A DNA stretch of 64,000 nucleotides from the human T2T-CHM13v2.0 reference genome, Homo sapiens. Made by a program: the position numbers and the translations under genes. The stretch lies in NCBI RefSeq assembly GCF_009914755.1, contig NC_060928.1. The stretch is one strand, 5' to 3'. Within the stretch, counting starts at the first letter, position 1; the number at the start of each line of letters is the position of its first letter. Positions 44,901 through 57,664 of the stretch are shown here, one piece after another. The notes beneath the pieces are model-generated. The model ran no database searches and had not been told where the DNA came from. It saw only the letters and a list, made by a program, of their open reading frames with translations.

Positions 44901-47900
44901 ACACCAAAAACTGCACAAAAGAAATTTAAGAGTTTCTCTAGGAAGAATGAGAACCCTAACTTTCTGTAAGCTGCTAGTGCATTAATTTTCACTGCTGGTA
45001 CTTTCGTCCAACCTTATCCTTTATGCAAAATAGACTAACAAATATTAAATCCTGTGGTTACAGTGATGGGTTTATAGAAGAGAAAGAAATAGTCCACATG
45101 AAGAGCAAATTGTCTTTCAATTTTAAGAGAGGATGGATGAAATACCAAGCAGTTAATGCTGCTTTAGTTCTAGGAAGGCCTGGCCTTCATAAGACGTTGT
45201 AGGGAAAAAGAACTCTTAGAAATATATCTAAAGTGTCTCTTGAATACGTTTGTGGCGAGAAAGAGTAAGTGGCGCTTAGTAAATATCTGTCAGGGGGAGG
45301 TTTATGTGAGCCCTCTCATCTGTAAACGTTTCAAGTGGCCCTTTTAAGTCTTTGTACAAAACCATATGAGCTGTAGAAATCCTGTTCTATTGGAAGTGTG
45401 AGTAAAAAAGAAAGTGTGCAAGGGAGAAATTGGGTGTCTGCGATTTCAGAGCTGTCTTCTGAAACCTGCAATTTTCTGCAGTTGGTTTCCCCCAACCCCC
45501 AAAGAGCCCCTGCCATATAAAAGAAAATATTATTAAACGAGCTGTGAAAAGGATATTCTGCTAAATTCCCAAAGAAAATTCCCCCTGCATTTGATAAAAT
45601 TATAGTCCAGGAATAAATCCCAAGAAGCATTAACTAAAAACACATTCACAGCATGACTTTGTTGTAAAGCCGGGAGGGGTGCTAATTTTAAAAGCTTAAG
45701 ACCTTGCTGCAACAGAATTTCTTTATATTTCTCATGTTTTAAATGTCAAGTGCCAAAAAATTTCAAACTGATGAACACTTTAGGGTTTCAGATCCAAGGC
45801 ACAAACCTGTCCGAATAAACCAGGCAAAAGAATATGTTTAAGCTATAGTCATCAAGACTGAGATGATTATTTCGGAAGTAGTGGAATATTTTTAGAATAA
45901 CCTGCTCAGTATTACAATGAAAAACTACTTTATCTGAATTACAAATAACTGCTCCCATATGCTGGAGGAACCAATGGAATCTGGAACTATAAATATGTTT
46001 GTCAGTATCATGGCTAACAGTGCTTTCTTTTTAACATTATACGAAAATCTTTTTGCTACTGCAATGCATTACTCTTATTAGTGGTTATTTATTATTTAAT
46101 GTTTTCAAACACGCACTTAAAAAACTTAGACATCTGTAGAGGTTTCTCTTTCATTTAATGCATCTGTGTTTCACACAAGTTCACATCTAATCAAATGTCT
46201 TTTGCTTGTATATATACAGATTTGTTTAGGCATAATATTATAGAAATTAGGGAGATTTGATAACCCTTAAATCATACTTGTACTTATCATAGTTCTCATG
46301 AAGTATATCAATGCATGGCCTATTTTAAAAGTATTACTGTTACAAAACTTTTATGTTTTTCCTTTAAAACATCCATCGTAAATTATATACAAAATTTTGG
46401 CAATTGCATTAAAGAGACTAGTAGCCATGTTATTAAGAGAAAATAACAGACTGTTTTATTTTAACGTGTTACTTTAAAGGGTAAGTCTTGTGAGTGTGTC
46501 CTTTTTTAAATTACTTGTATATTTTCCATTGCAAATATGGTTTTTAAAATGTAAAGCATTAAATTGCTGTGCTTTTGAAAAAGATACTTCAGCCAAACCA
46601 AAATTAAAGCAAAGCTGCAAACTTTTCTCTGCATGAGGTGCTAACTTCAAAATGTCAATTGTAAAATAACAATAGCTCAGCAAAATAAATTTAACTATTC
46701 TGCTTTTTGAAAAAAGTTACACATAAGTTGTCTGAGTCAAGGAAAAGCATCAGTATTGTATTTCTCAGTTACTTAAGTTATTTTTCTGTCATCTTGATTA
46801 TAAGAAATAACCAAACAATACTATTAATACTCAGTATTTTGCAAATTTTTTTAAAAAAACATATGCACAATACTATTGCAAATTAATCATTTCCTTGGAG
46901 TCCTAATTCCTCTGTTGCACAGTAGTTGTGTGACTTGGCAAGACTTTTAACTTATTTATATTTTCCCCTGTTCTTTCTGTAATATAAAGGGATAATACCC
47001 ACCTCACAAGGTGTTGGTGTGAATTTCTGATGATATGGAAGTGCTTTATAAAACTAAAGTTCTGTCAAATATAAGGGATTATGGTAACAACTGTTCTATA
47101 GTAAAAAACTAAAACAAAACACAAAATGATAGTTCCTAAAGATTCTGAGAAGATTCAGCCTGGTGACTTTGCCCAAGGCCTAATAGCTAATGAATGGTGC
47201 TGGTCCAGGCTGGAGTGCTGGTTTTTTGACCCCTAAGCCAATGGAGAGAGTGAACTAGAGGTGATTCTCAAAATTTTTGACGACCCAAATTTCATACTCT
47301 TACCAAAGGTGAAAATATGCAAATTCAAAATACCGCAACTATCCAGAATTCTCAGGGGGTATGCCCAATTAAGTAATATTCCTGTTAGTAAAAGAGTATG
47401 TAATATCTTTTTAAGATCTAAAAATAAAAACTAAAATGAATAATTAAAAAAAACAGCTTTTGAAAATATAATATAAAGTACACACTGCTCTGTTTCTTAA
47501 GGTATAAGGCATTAGATTTCAAGGGTTATCTCATTTGATTTTCAGCAACCCTATAGAGTAGGCAGAGATTATTATTGCTGCCTTCAGATGAGGAAACTGA
47601 CTTTGTCCACTTCCACTTGGTTATTGGTGCCAAAATCAGGATGAGAACTTGGATCCCCTGACTGGAGAATGCATGGCACTTACAGATTATCAAGTGTTTT
47701 TTACAGTCGATGTCAAATTATTGTAGGATTCAACAATGCTGTGAATTTTTTTGTTTTAGGTGCTACTTAGGTCATTTGGCAGTTATTTATAAACTATGGT
47801 TTTTTGTTAATTCTCATGTCTGCCTTTTGTTTTCTACTTTCCTCTTCATCAGCAGATTGTCAGCCATCAACAATTTCCAGGGTTGTTGTATTCCTGTTTT

Positions 47901-49630
47901 AAGGGAGCCTTCTTTCCTTCTGATTGGCAGCTATTGATCTATAGTGGTAGAACAGCTTGCCAAACTTGTTATAATTTGTAAATGAAGATCTAAAATGAAA
48001 AGAAATAGGAGTAAATGAATTGGGTTTTGGGCTTGAGCTTTGTGCCATCTATTTTAGTCTCACTTGTGCTTCTGGATTCTCATCTGTATTCCATTACTAT
48101 TCAAATGTGGAATATATGGTCTTATTGCAGGTAAGTTGTATGCATTTTAACAAGTAATTCAACTTTTATAGAGGGAAATGAGAATTTTAGACCATAATGC
48201 AATTCTGTACCTTTAGGATTGCTGAAATGTTATTTTGATATATAAACTCTGAAATCTGAAATCTTCTACATAATAAAGTCTCACTTTCTAAAATGCTATT
48301 TTGTTGGTCTACCAAGTTATTTATTCATATTTTAAAAATAATTATGGCTGTCATTATTACCACATAGTTCATAAAGTATTATTATTTCTGTGTTCACAAT
48401 TAAGGCAATATTAGTTTCTAACAAAACTCTTACATAATTTTTACCTTGTAGTTTAAATTTTTAATGAATATGACCTCATGTGGCCCTATTTTCATTTACT
48501 TCTCATTGCCAGCTTCTATTACTACTAGAGAAAGAGCTCCTGAACCTGCTAACGATACTAAATATTTAATTATGTCCTTTTCTGGTGTATTTTATGTCAG
48601 AATTGTATTGTTCGCCTAATCAAGATGGTAATCTATGGAAATAAGGATGTCAAGTCTCATTTGCATTAAATTAAACATATTTGGGCTTCAGAAGATGGCT
48701 GGTCATTTTGTAGTGGAAAAGAGAAAATGAAAATATACCCCAGTCTAAATCTCTTAAATCTTCTTGCAATTGCTAATTATGAAACACACAGAATATTCTT
48801 ATAAAGGCCCTGAAAATGGCATCCTATTCCTTTCCTTTCTTCATCCTTTCAAAAATATCTAAGCTTATTAAATATTAGCAAGGTTAGTAGAAATATGATA
48901 TGTAAATTTAGAAATATGACTAATTGATACTACAACCTGAAAATTAAAATAAGGATAAAAATGATTGCTATTATTTCTTCTTTGATGAAAGATAAAGCGA
49001 GGTGGTAAATTTTGTTGTTGCTCACTTTTATCCATTTAACTAACACATGGAAGTAAATTAGCCAAGGGAGTTAACGTAACTCAGGAATATAGCTAACGTC
49101 CTAGCAGGTATACTTTCATGTGGCATTTTTTGCTCCAGTTCAACCTTGTGACAAGTGAAAGACTGAAGAGAAAAAAAAAAAAAAGACCCAGTCAGGTTCT
49201 CCAGGAGATTGTCATTTGGTGGCAATGATAGATGTATTCCTATTTAATTTAGATATAAGACAGACTGATATTAGTTATAACCTAATTTTATGGGATAGAT
49301 TATGAGGAAAGAGTAGAAAAAGGAATTCTTACTGAGGTAGGAGATGTGTCTAGGAGGGCTTTTGGGAAAAGGTGCTGTTTGAATTGGATCTTGAAGAAAG
49401 GTGTAGTATTTCAACAAATGAATTTTGGGTAAGTATCATTCCACAGTAAGAGAACTGTGTGAGTAAATGAGATAAAATAGCTGTTTTATTGATGCTTTAT
49501 GTGCTAGGTACTTTACATGCATTAACTCATTAGATTCCAAACAGTCCTGTGAAGTAAGTACCATTTTCTGAATTTACAGATAAGGAAAGTGAAGCTTGTG
49601 GAGGTCATTTGCTCAAGGTTACGTGGATGA

Positions 49631-49892
49631 TGGATTCTAGAACAGGGAGAGAGGTCTGTCTGCCAGGCTTAAATTCAGGAGGTGGAAGTGGGTTCCGGCC
49701 TATTCAGGGAATGACTAGTGGGCCCGTATGCATGAAGCACAGAACTGAGGGAAAGTTTAGGGCAGTTTCTCAAGTTTGCTGAATCACTGGGGGCACTTGT
49801 TTAAAATAGAGATTTCCAGGCCCCTCTCCTGGAGATTCTGATCCTGTTGATGTGGAGCAGGGCCTCAAAATCTGTATAACAAGCTCCAGTTG
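49631..49892 (+). repeat. Source copy of 262-bp dispersed duplication (copy at 52163-52424); includes a MER5-like fragment
   Basis: Direct sequence comparison. Confidence 0.92.
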
Positions 49893-50717
49893 ATTCTTTT
49901 GAATAGACAAGTTGATCAGCTTGATTAACTTACGATGTAACATGGAATAAACCATTTAATTCTGAATTGGTGTTCAATTGTTTGTAGAATTGGAGAAAAA
50001 AATTTAAAAGAAGCTACACAGTTTGGACTTTGTTCTCTATTTAAGGAGGTGCCATGCAAGGTTTATGAGGCAGGGTATGAAACTACTAGATGCTTACAAA
50101 AAAAAAATTGATGAAAAATTTGTAGGAAGAAAATGTGATATTTTCCTAAAATTTGTAAATGTCCTTTTTTAATTTCTTATTTTATTTTTTACTTCCAATA
50201 AGTTGCTTTTAAAACAAGGAAAGGTTAACTTATTAAAGAGGTAACTAAAGCACTTTTTATTTTGAAATGGAATCTTAAATCATTTCTAATGTTTAAGATT
50301 GTGGTGAAAGTAAGCATATATATTTTACCATGAAACTCAAAATAATGAGTATAGGGACTCCAGCTTTTTAAAATAATATTGTTTCTCTGATTTTAAAAGT
50401 AATACATTTTTTGTTGGATCTCAATGCTAATGGAAATATTTGTTTCCCTTCCTTCCTGTCTCCACTTTCTTCAAACTTCCGACCCCATTACTTCCTCCAT
50501 CACGTTCAGCTGGCAAGGTTGCAGCCTACTTACCAGACGATAAACACTGTCACATGGAGACTGCCTCAGCTTCCTGCCTGAAACTGGCAAGTCACCATCC
50601 ACACCAGCACCCTTCTTTGGCTCTTTCTTCTAGTTTTAGGGAAGAGGTGTCCAGGGAGGTCATATCCCTCCTTCTGTGCCTTGGATGCTATCCCCTCCTA
50701 CCACCTCAAGGACCTCC

Positions 50718-51375
50718 TGTTACCAGAAAGGGGTCCCAATCCAGACGCCAAGAGAGTTCTTGGACCTTACCCAAGAAAGAATTCGGGGCAAGTTCATAGA
50801 GTAAATTGAACGCAAGTTTATTAAGAAAGTAAAGGAAAAAAGAAGGGCTACTCCATAGGCAAAGCAGCGGCATGGGCTGCTTGACTGAGTATACTTATAG
50901 TTATTTCTTGATTATATGCTAAACAAGGGGTGGATTATTCATGAGTTTTCTGGGAAAGGGGGAGTAGTACCCAGAACTGAGGGGTCTTCCCTTTTTTAGA
51001 ATATATTAGATAACTTCCTGACATTGCCATGGCGTTTGTAAACTGTCCTGATGCTGATGGGAGTGTCTTTTAGCAACTAATGCTCATTATCCTCACTGCT
51101 CACTGTACTCTAATTATGATTCGCGTATAGTGAGCAGTGAGGATGACCAGAGGTCACTTTTGTAGCCATCTTGGTTTTGGTAAGTTTTGGCTGGCTTCTT
51201 TACCGCAGCCTGTTTTATCAGCAAGGTCTTTGTGACCTGTATCTTGTGCCGACCTCCTATCTTGTCCTGTGACTAAGAATGCCTAACCTCCTGAGTAGCA
51301 GCCCAGTAGGTCTCAGCCTTATTTTACCCAGCCCCTATTCAAGATGGAGTCGCTCTGGTTCAAATGCCTCTGACA
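50718..51375 (-). mobile_element. MER41B-like ERV1 solo LTR
   Basis: Minus strand starts TGTCAGAGGCATTTGAACCAGAGCGACTCCATCTTGAATAGGGGCTGGG; 4-bp TSD CTCC. Confidence 0.9.
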
Positions 51376-51653
51376 CTCCTTTTGCCCATTACCCCTTTAC
51401 AAACTCCTCCTCCTGTTCTTCAACTTTAGTAACATATAGACCTCTTTTAAGGAAAAACTATTGTGGATTTCCATGGATGACTTAAGTTTTTTAATTATAA
51501 TTTTAAATAAATGAGGTATAAACTGTGCTTTATAGCTCCTATATAAGATGAAAACAATTTTATGAATTAATACAAATAAATTACAAAATGTAATCGCTGT
51601 TATAACACTATAAAAACACATTTAGAAATTAAAACAAAACCATAAAACCTAGG

Positions 51654-51746
51654 AAATTCAAATGTATATAGTTTAATGTACATTTGTACATGTAATATAC
51701 AAATTCAAATGTACATAGTTTAATGTATATTTGTACATGTAATGTA
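51654..51746. repeat. ~47-bp AT-rich tandem duplication
   Basis: AAATTCAAATGTAYATAGTTTAATGTAYATTTGTACATGTAAT twice. Confidence 0.85.
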
Positions 51747-51812
51747 CAGTTAATGTAAATACAACTAAACTTCAGCTTAAAAGTATAAGCTGCATACTGC
51801 AGCTTGTTTGGC

Positions 51813-52519
51813 TGTGAGGAAGGTAAAATATACTATCCTGGCCATTTAAGTTTAATACACTTGAAAAACAGCAAGTGCCTTTGTGCTGCTTCTTAAAAGC
51901 AACAGATGAAGCTCCCATGTGAAAGACACCTTCCCTATACTAGAAAAATGTAACATTCTTATTCTCAAGGGCATAGAAGTGAAACCAAGAGAATTCTGTA
52001 CAGACCTTGTTAAAAAAACTTATCTTTTAAGCTTCCCAATTTAGTTTAGTTGCTTCTTCACAACTAACTATTCTTTGTCCAATCCAGTATATAAGTTAAC
52101 TGACTCTAACTGCTTCTTTGGGTCTTCATTTCTTTATGAGGGCTCCCCTGCCATGTAAAACTTGGATTCTAGAGCAAGGAGAGAGGTCTGTCTGCCAGGC
52201 TCAAATTTGCGAGGTGGGAGTGGGTTCCAGCCTATTCAGGGAATGGCCAGTTGGCCTGTATAGATGAAGCACAGAACTGAGAGAAAATTTAGGGCAGTTC
52301 CCCAAGTTTGCTGAATCACAGGGGGCACTTGTTTGAAATAGAGATTTCCAGGCCCCTCCACTGGAGATTCTGATCCTGTTGATGTGGAGCAGGGCCTCAA
52401 CATCTGTATAACAAGTTCCAGTTGCTTTTCTTTTGTTAATCTATTTTAGGTAAGTTTAATTCTCAGGCCCAGCTGGGACCCTAAGAAGATGGAGGTAGAG
52501 TTTTTCTGCCCCTGCAACA
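51813..52519 (+). mobile_element. ERV1 solo LTR (MER34/MER39-like) carrying a 262-bp foreign insert
   Basis: TATATAAG box, CTTCTTTGGGTCTTCATT..TAAAACTT, resumes GCTTTTCTTTTGTTAATCT..CCCCTGCA. Confidence 0.65.
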
Positions 52520-53699
52520 GCTACAATTCAGGTTCCTTTGAGTTCTCCATGCATATACCCATACCGGCCATGTGATGACTCATCTCCCATTACTCTTTCT
52601 CTGTTGGAACCATGCCATAATAACAATATAAATTAATACTTCCTCTAAGAAATTTGTCATGGCCCCACGTATACTACTTTGGTTTTTTCTGGATATTCCA
52701 TTAGAACCTTGTATTTATTGTAATACTTATCACTATGTTATAATTGCCCATTAGAGAATCCCCAGCACCCAGCCTTTTAGATCATAAAATAACATTATAT
52801 CCTTTTTTTACACGCTGCAACATGAACATTTCCCCCATGCTTTACTCTTTGAACACATTCTAGTTAAAATCATAATCATCATATTTTATATATATTTAAC
52901 TTTTCCCCCATTATTTGACATTTTAAGATTGCTTTCAGCTTTTCACTTTTACAAATTTTATAAATTTGCATCCTTTCTCAGAGTAGATATCTAATAGTTG
53001 AATTACTGGGTTCTGAGGGAGGAAATTTCATGTAATGGTTATTGACTTAGGTTCATTTCTTGGTTGACTTTGTTGACTGCTAGCCATGTAACCATTAGTA
53101 AGATGCATAACTTCTCTAAAGCTTAGTTTCCTTATTTAATATAGAGAAAATATTTACTTCATAGTATGTGAATGCTCAGCATTGTATATGAATAAAGTGA
53201 GCAGAGCCAAGGCTGACTCTCAATCAATGCTAGCTGTTATTTTTGTACTTAAAAAATACTTGATATAGGTATTCATAAATAACAGGTAGATTTTACCTGT
53301 TTACACTTCCAACTTTAATAATGAGAACACTTAATTAGATTATAAAATTTTGAGTTAGAAAATGAACATGAAGTTGATTCCACAGGATTGCCACTCATTT
53401 GTGGCACTCTACAATACCCACTTGGGATAACCGTGAAAATGTTTGCAATTGCGAAACAATATGAAACCCATAAAACAATGGAGCGTATTTACATTAACAC
53501 CTAGATCGCGTTGCTTAAAAGCGTCCATTACTTGCACGGATGAGGTCCTAAGGAAAGGTAAAGTGCGGTTTCCTTCACCTCGAAGGAAATCCAGGCTGAC
53601 CGACAGCTGTTAGGCATTAGAAACACAGGACAAAGAGCAAACTGGATATCCAGCACTGGAAGAAAAAGGTGAGAAGCCCAGTGCATCTCCGCCTGTTTT

Positions 53700-53945
53700 A
53701 ACAGGTTATGCTGCTCTAAGGAATTGCGTTCCGGAGAGCGTAAGCGGTGAAGTTTTAGCTATTTCTATCCTTCCAACTGAGAAGCCCTCCTGGAAGTTTC
53801 AGCCCATTGGCTGCTTTCTGTTCTCCCTGTTTCTTCTGGGAAGCTTCTCCGTCTCCCTGGCAACGCGACCTGCCACCAATTGCAGCTAAGGATTGGTGGT
53901 CACATGGCCTCTGCCCCTTCCCAAGCAGAGGCAACATGGCGGCCT
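53700..53945 (+). promoter_or_regulatory. INTU: INTU proximal promoter: RFX X-box, CCAAT boxes, TISU/YY1 motif
   Basis: GTCTCCCTGGCAAC 53851-53864; ATTGG 53806 and 53892, CCAAT 53876; CAACATGGCGGC 53932-53943. Confidence 0.8.
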
Positions 53946-53971
53946 TAGCAAGCTATAGCTGCGAGATTTGA
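53936..53971 (+). other. uORF MAALASYSCEI*, in frame with INTU
   Basis: AACATGG strong context; TGA at 53969-53971; ATG lies 69 nt before the main ATG. Confidence 0.65.
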
Positions 53972-54151
<180 letters not shown>

Positions 54152-56624
54152 TAAGGTTTTCAAAGAGGGACAATTAATCCCATCCCATCAATCCAGAGAA
54201 TATACACGTGGGCTGGGGAAACTGCAAGGGTGTTGGCGTGGTTGGAATCGAGTATTTGGGGTTCTATAATAAGTGGGATTTAATTGCACCACGTTCCATT
54301 GTATGGTGGTGTGAGCAGAAATGACGATGCCATTCTTTGCTACTGTAGGTTGTTTTTTGTTTGTTTTGTTTTGTTTTTTCAATGATTCTTAGATGAGGAG
54401 AATCTCCTCTTTTTGGTCATGGGCTCTGTCTAGGCCATAGGAGGATATATCTGTAACAGCGTTCAAAAAACTCTGTTTCGATCGCAGTGTCTTGATTCTT
54501 TGGTGTGACCTTTGTGGCTTAATCTCTTTAGTATTTGGAGTGGAGAGACACCCTACGCGTTTTATAAGGCAGTTGTTAAATTTATGTAGATTTTTTCTGT
54601 TATGGAAATGAATAGCTATATAACAGAAGGAACGCCCACCCATAGTCTCACCATCAAGGACAACCTCTCAGCACTTCTGGATATTTCTGCTGTATTTTCC
54701 TATGCATCTCCATGATTTTCTTGTTTTCCATTTTACGTCATAATTTAATTTTTAAAAATACAGATACCTAAAGGTTTCACTTTCTTAATAATGCCATGAA
54801 AAGGTTATTTTGATTCACAGTATTCAGTGCTACTTCATTTTTAAGAAAAATCTACCCCTTACTGCTATGGATTAAGAACTTTAGAAAAGTCAACTAGCAG
54901 TAGCTTGAAGAGAATGACTAATCGTGAAAAAGTTTTGGTGCCAAAATGTCAACTAACCCAGTAATGGACAACCATACCTGGTCAGTTTTAGGATGACATT
55001 TTATGTGTATTTAGGAACAACAGTTACAAATCATTTATATGTATGTAGGAGCAACTGTTATTTGGCAATTGTTTTTACCTATCAGTATGTAAAAGATTTT
55101 TATCATTGCCTTTAAAAGTATGGTGGGGAAACCTGTTTAATACATTCTTGAAGACTTAAACAAATTTTAAAATATCGTATTTTTTTGTAATCTGCTGTAG
55201 GCATTAAAAAAATAATTTTAAAATTCATGATTATTACACAAGGCTGCTGGAAGGAAATATGAATTACATAGAACCTTATTTGGTCTTGGTATGTGAAGCC
55301 ATAGACAGTGTAAGACTCAAACTCTTGGCTTCTCCACATTTTAGAGTCGCATACTTTTAGCCCAGAAAGAATCTATGATTCATGTATAGTTGCACAGCTG
55401 AGTGTTGTCAGTGTGAGAATTCAAGACGCCTGATACCTAATGGGCCACCATGACTTTGATGGGATTAAAATAGTGAACTTTGTTTCCTAGGAAATGACCA
55501 ATCTGAGGACCTTGTGATAGGAGAACTTGTCACTTAAAAGAATAAAAGTATTTCATGATTCAAAATACATGTATGTATGTTATATTTTAGCTTTTAAAAA
55601 ATGATCATTAAGCTTTTCACATGTCACTAATCACGCCACATGTTCTAGTGTCTTTATCCTCCTAATAATAAAAGTATAGAAAATCCCTATCATAAGATGT
55701 TTTGCTGGTCTGTATTTCAAGTCCTACCAAGTTTCAAATTTTAAGTCTGTCCCTTCTTGATTTGTAGGACATGAGGGTTAATTTGCTGAACTTACCAGGA
55801 AGGCTTATGTTCGGTTCTTCCCTTATGGTAGATGTTTACTTCCCTAAGCTGCAGTCATCATTACAAACAGTGGCCTTCCCAACTTGTACAGAACCACTCT
55901 TTAATCAAAGGCACAGGAATGCCAACCTTAGTCTTTCTCATTAAAGCAAAGACATGAATTTCCTATTGTATTTCATGGACTACGTGAAGCTTACTAAGGA
56001 AGTTGTACTGCATATTGACTCACATAAAGTATCCTGAATTTTCAAGGTTTTAGTTAACTGCGTGTTCTTTTTAGAAGTTACTGTTTCATACATGCTTTGT
56101 ACCTGAGCTGTATGTGATTGTCAATATAGAATTTAAAAGTTTATCATCTTGGAGATAAAATTACATTATGGTAAATTCTGGTAGAGTTCTTTTAATAGGT
56201 TTGTTTTAGGTTTGTTAGAGAATAAGAGTTTATATTGCTGCAGTATGTCTTAAGTTGACACATGGGCACATACCCTGGGAGGCTTCCGAGATAATACTGG
56301 TGGGTTGGTTGGGTTGAGGGAGCCATTAGCTAGTTTTAGCATTAAGATAACAGAAATCACACATTCACCTGCAACAATGCCAAGTTACCAGCTAATATGC
56401 CTAGTTCATGTTACAGAGAGTTTGTCAATGTTGTGACTTGGATTTTTAATTTTTCAAAGTGAATTTTTTGTTGTTGTTACATCAGTTTTAAAACTGGCTG
56501 ATGGAGAGAAACAGGAATCATTTTAAATGAGATATTAGCTGTTAAAGCTAAGGAACTTCCACCTAAAACACAAGGATTGGCTGGAGAAGGGAGGTATGTC
56601 CTTTAAATTTTTTTCTGGGACTTT

Positions 56625-56955
56625 AAAAATAGCTTCATTGAAGGATAATTTATATACAAAAAACTGCACATATTTTTAATGTACAATTTGATGTTTTAAC
56701 ATGTATACGTCTGTCAAGAAAATGAACATATCCATCTCGCCTAAGAGTCTCCCCATGTACCTACTTAAGTCCATTTATGCCTCTCCTGATAACCATTTAT
56801 CTGCTTTTTGTCACTCTATAGGAGTTTGTAGTTTCTAAAGTTTCATAAAGATGGAATTGTGCAGTATGAATGTTCTTTTTTGTCTGCCTTCTTTTATTCA
56901 GCATAATTACTTTGAGATTCATCCATGTTGTTGCCCCCATTAATAGTTCATCTCT
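56625..56955 (-). mobile_element. Old L1M 3' end remnant
   Basis: TTCAGCATAATTACTTTGAGATTCATCCATGTTGTTGC. Confidence 0.65.
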
Positions 56956-56956
56956 C

Positions 56957-57249
56957 GGCTAGGTATGGTGGCTCATACCTGTAATCCTGCTTTTGGGAGC
57001 CAACGCAGGAGCATTGCTTGACACCAGGAGTCAGAAACCAGCCTCGGAAACATAGTGAGACCCCCATCTCTAAAATAAAAAATAAAAAAATTAGCCAGGC
57101 ATGATGGTACGTGCCTATAGTCCTGCAACTTGGGAGGCTGAGGCGGGAGGATCACTTAAGCTCAGGGTTTCAAGGTTGCAGTGAGCTGTGATCACACCAT
57201 TGCACCCCAGTCTGGGTGACAGCAAAATTTTGTCTGAAGAAAAAAAAAG
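56957..57249 (+). mobile_element. Alu (AluJ-like)
   Basis: Alu dimer. Confidence 0.9.
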
Positions 57250-57306
57250 TTCTTTTTTTTGGTACAGTGAAGCCTTATCACCATTGTACACTAAAGACCT
57301 ATTCTG

Positions 57307-57664
<358 letters not shown>

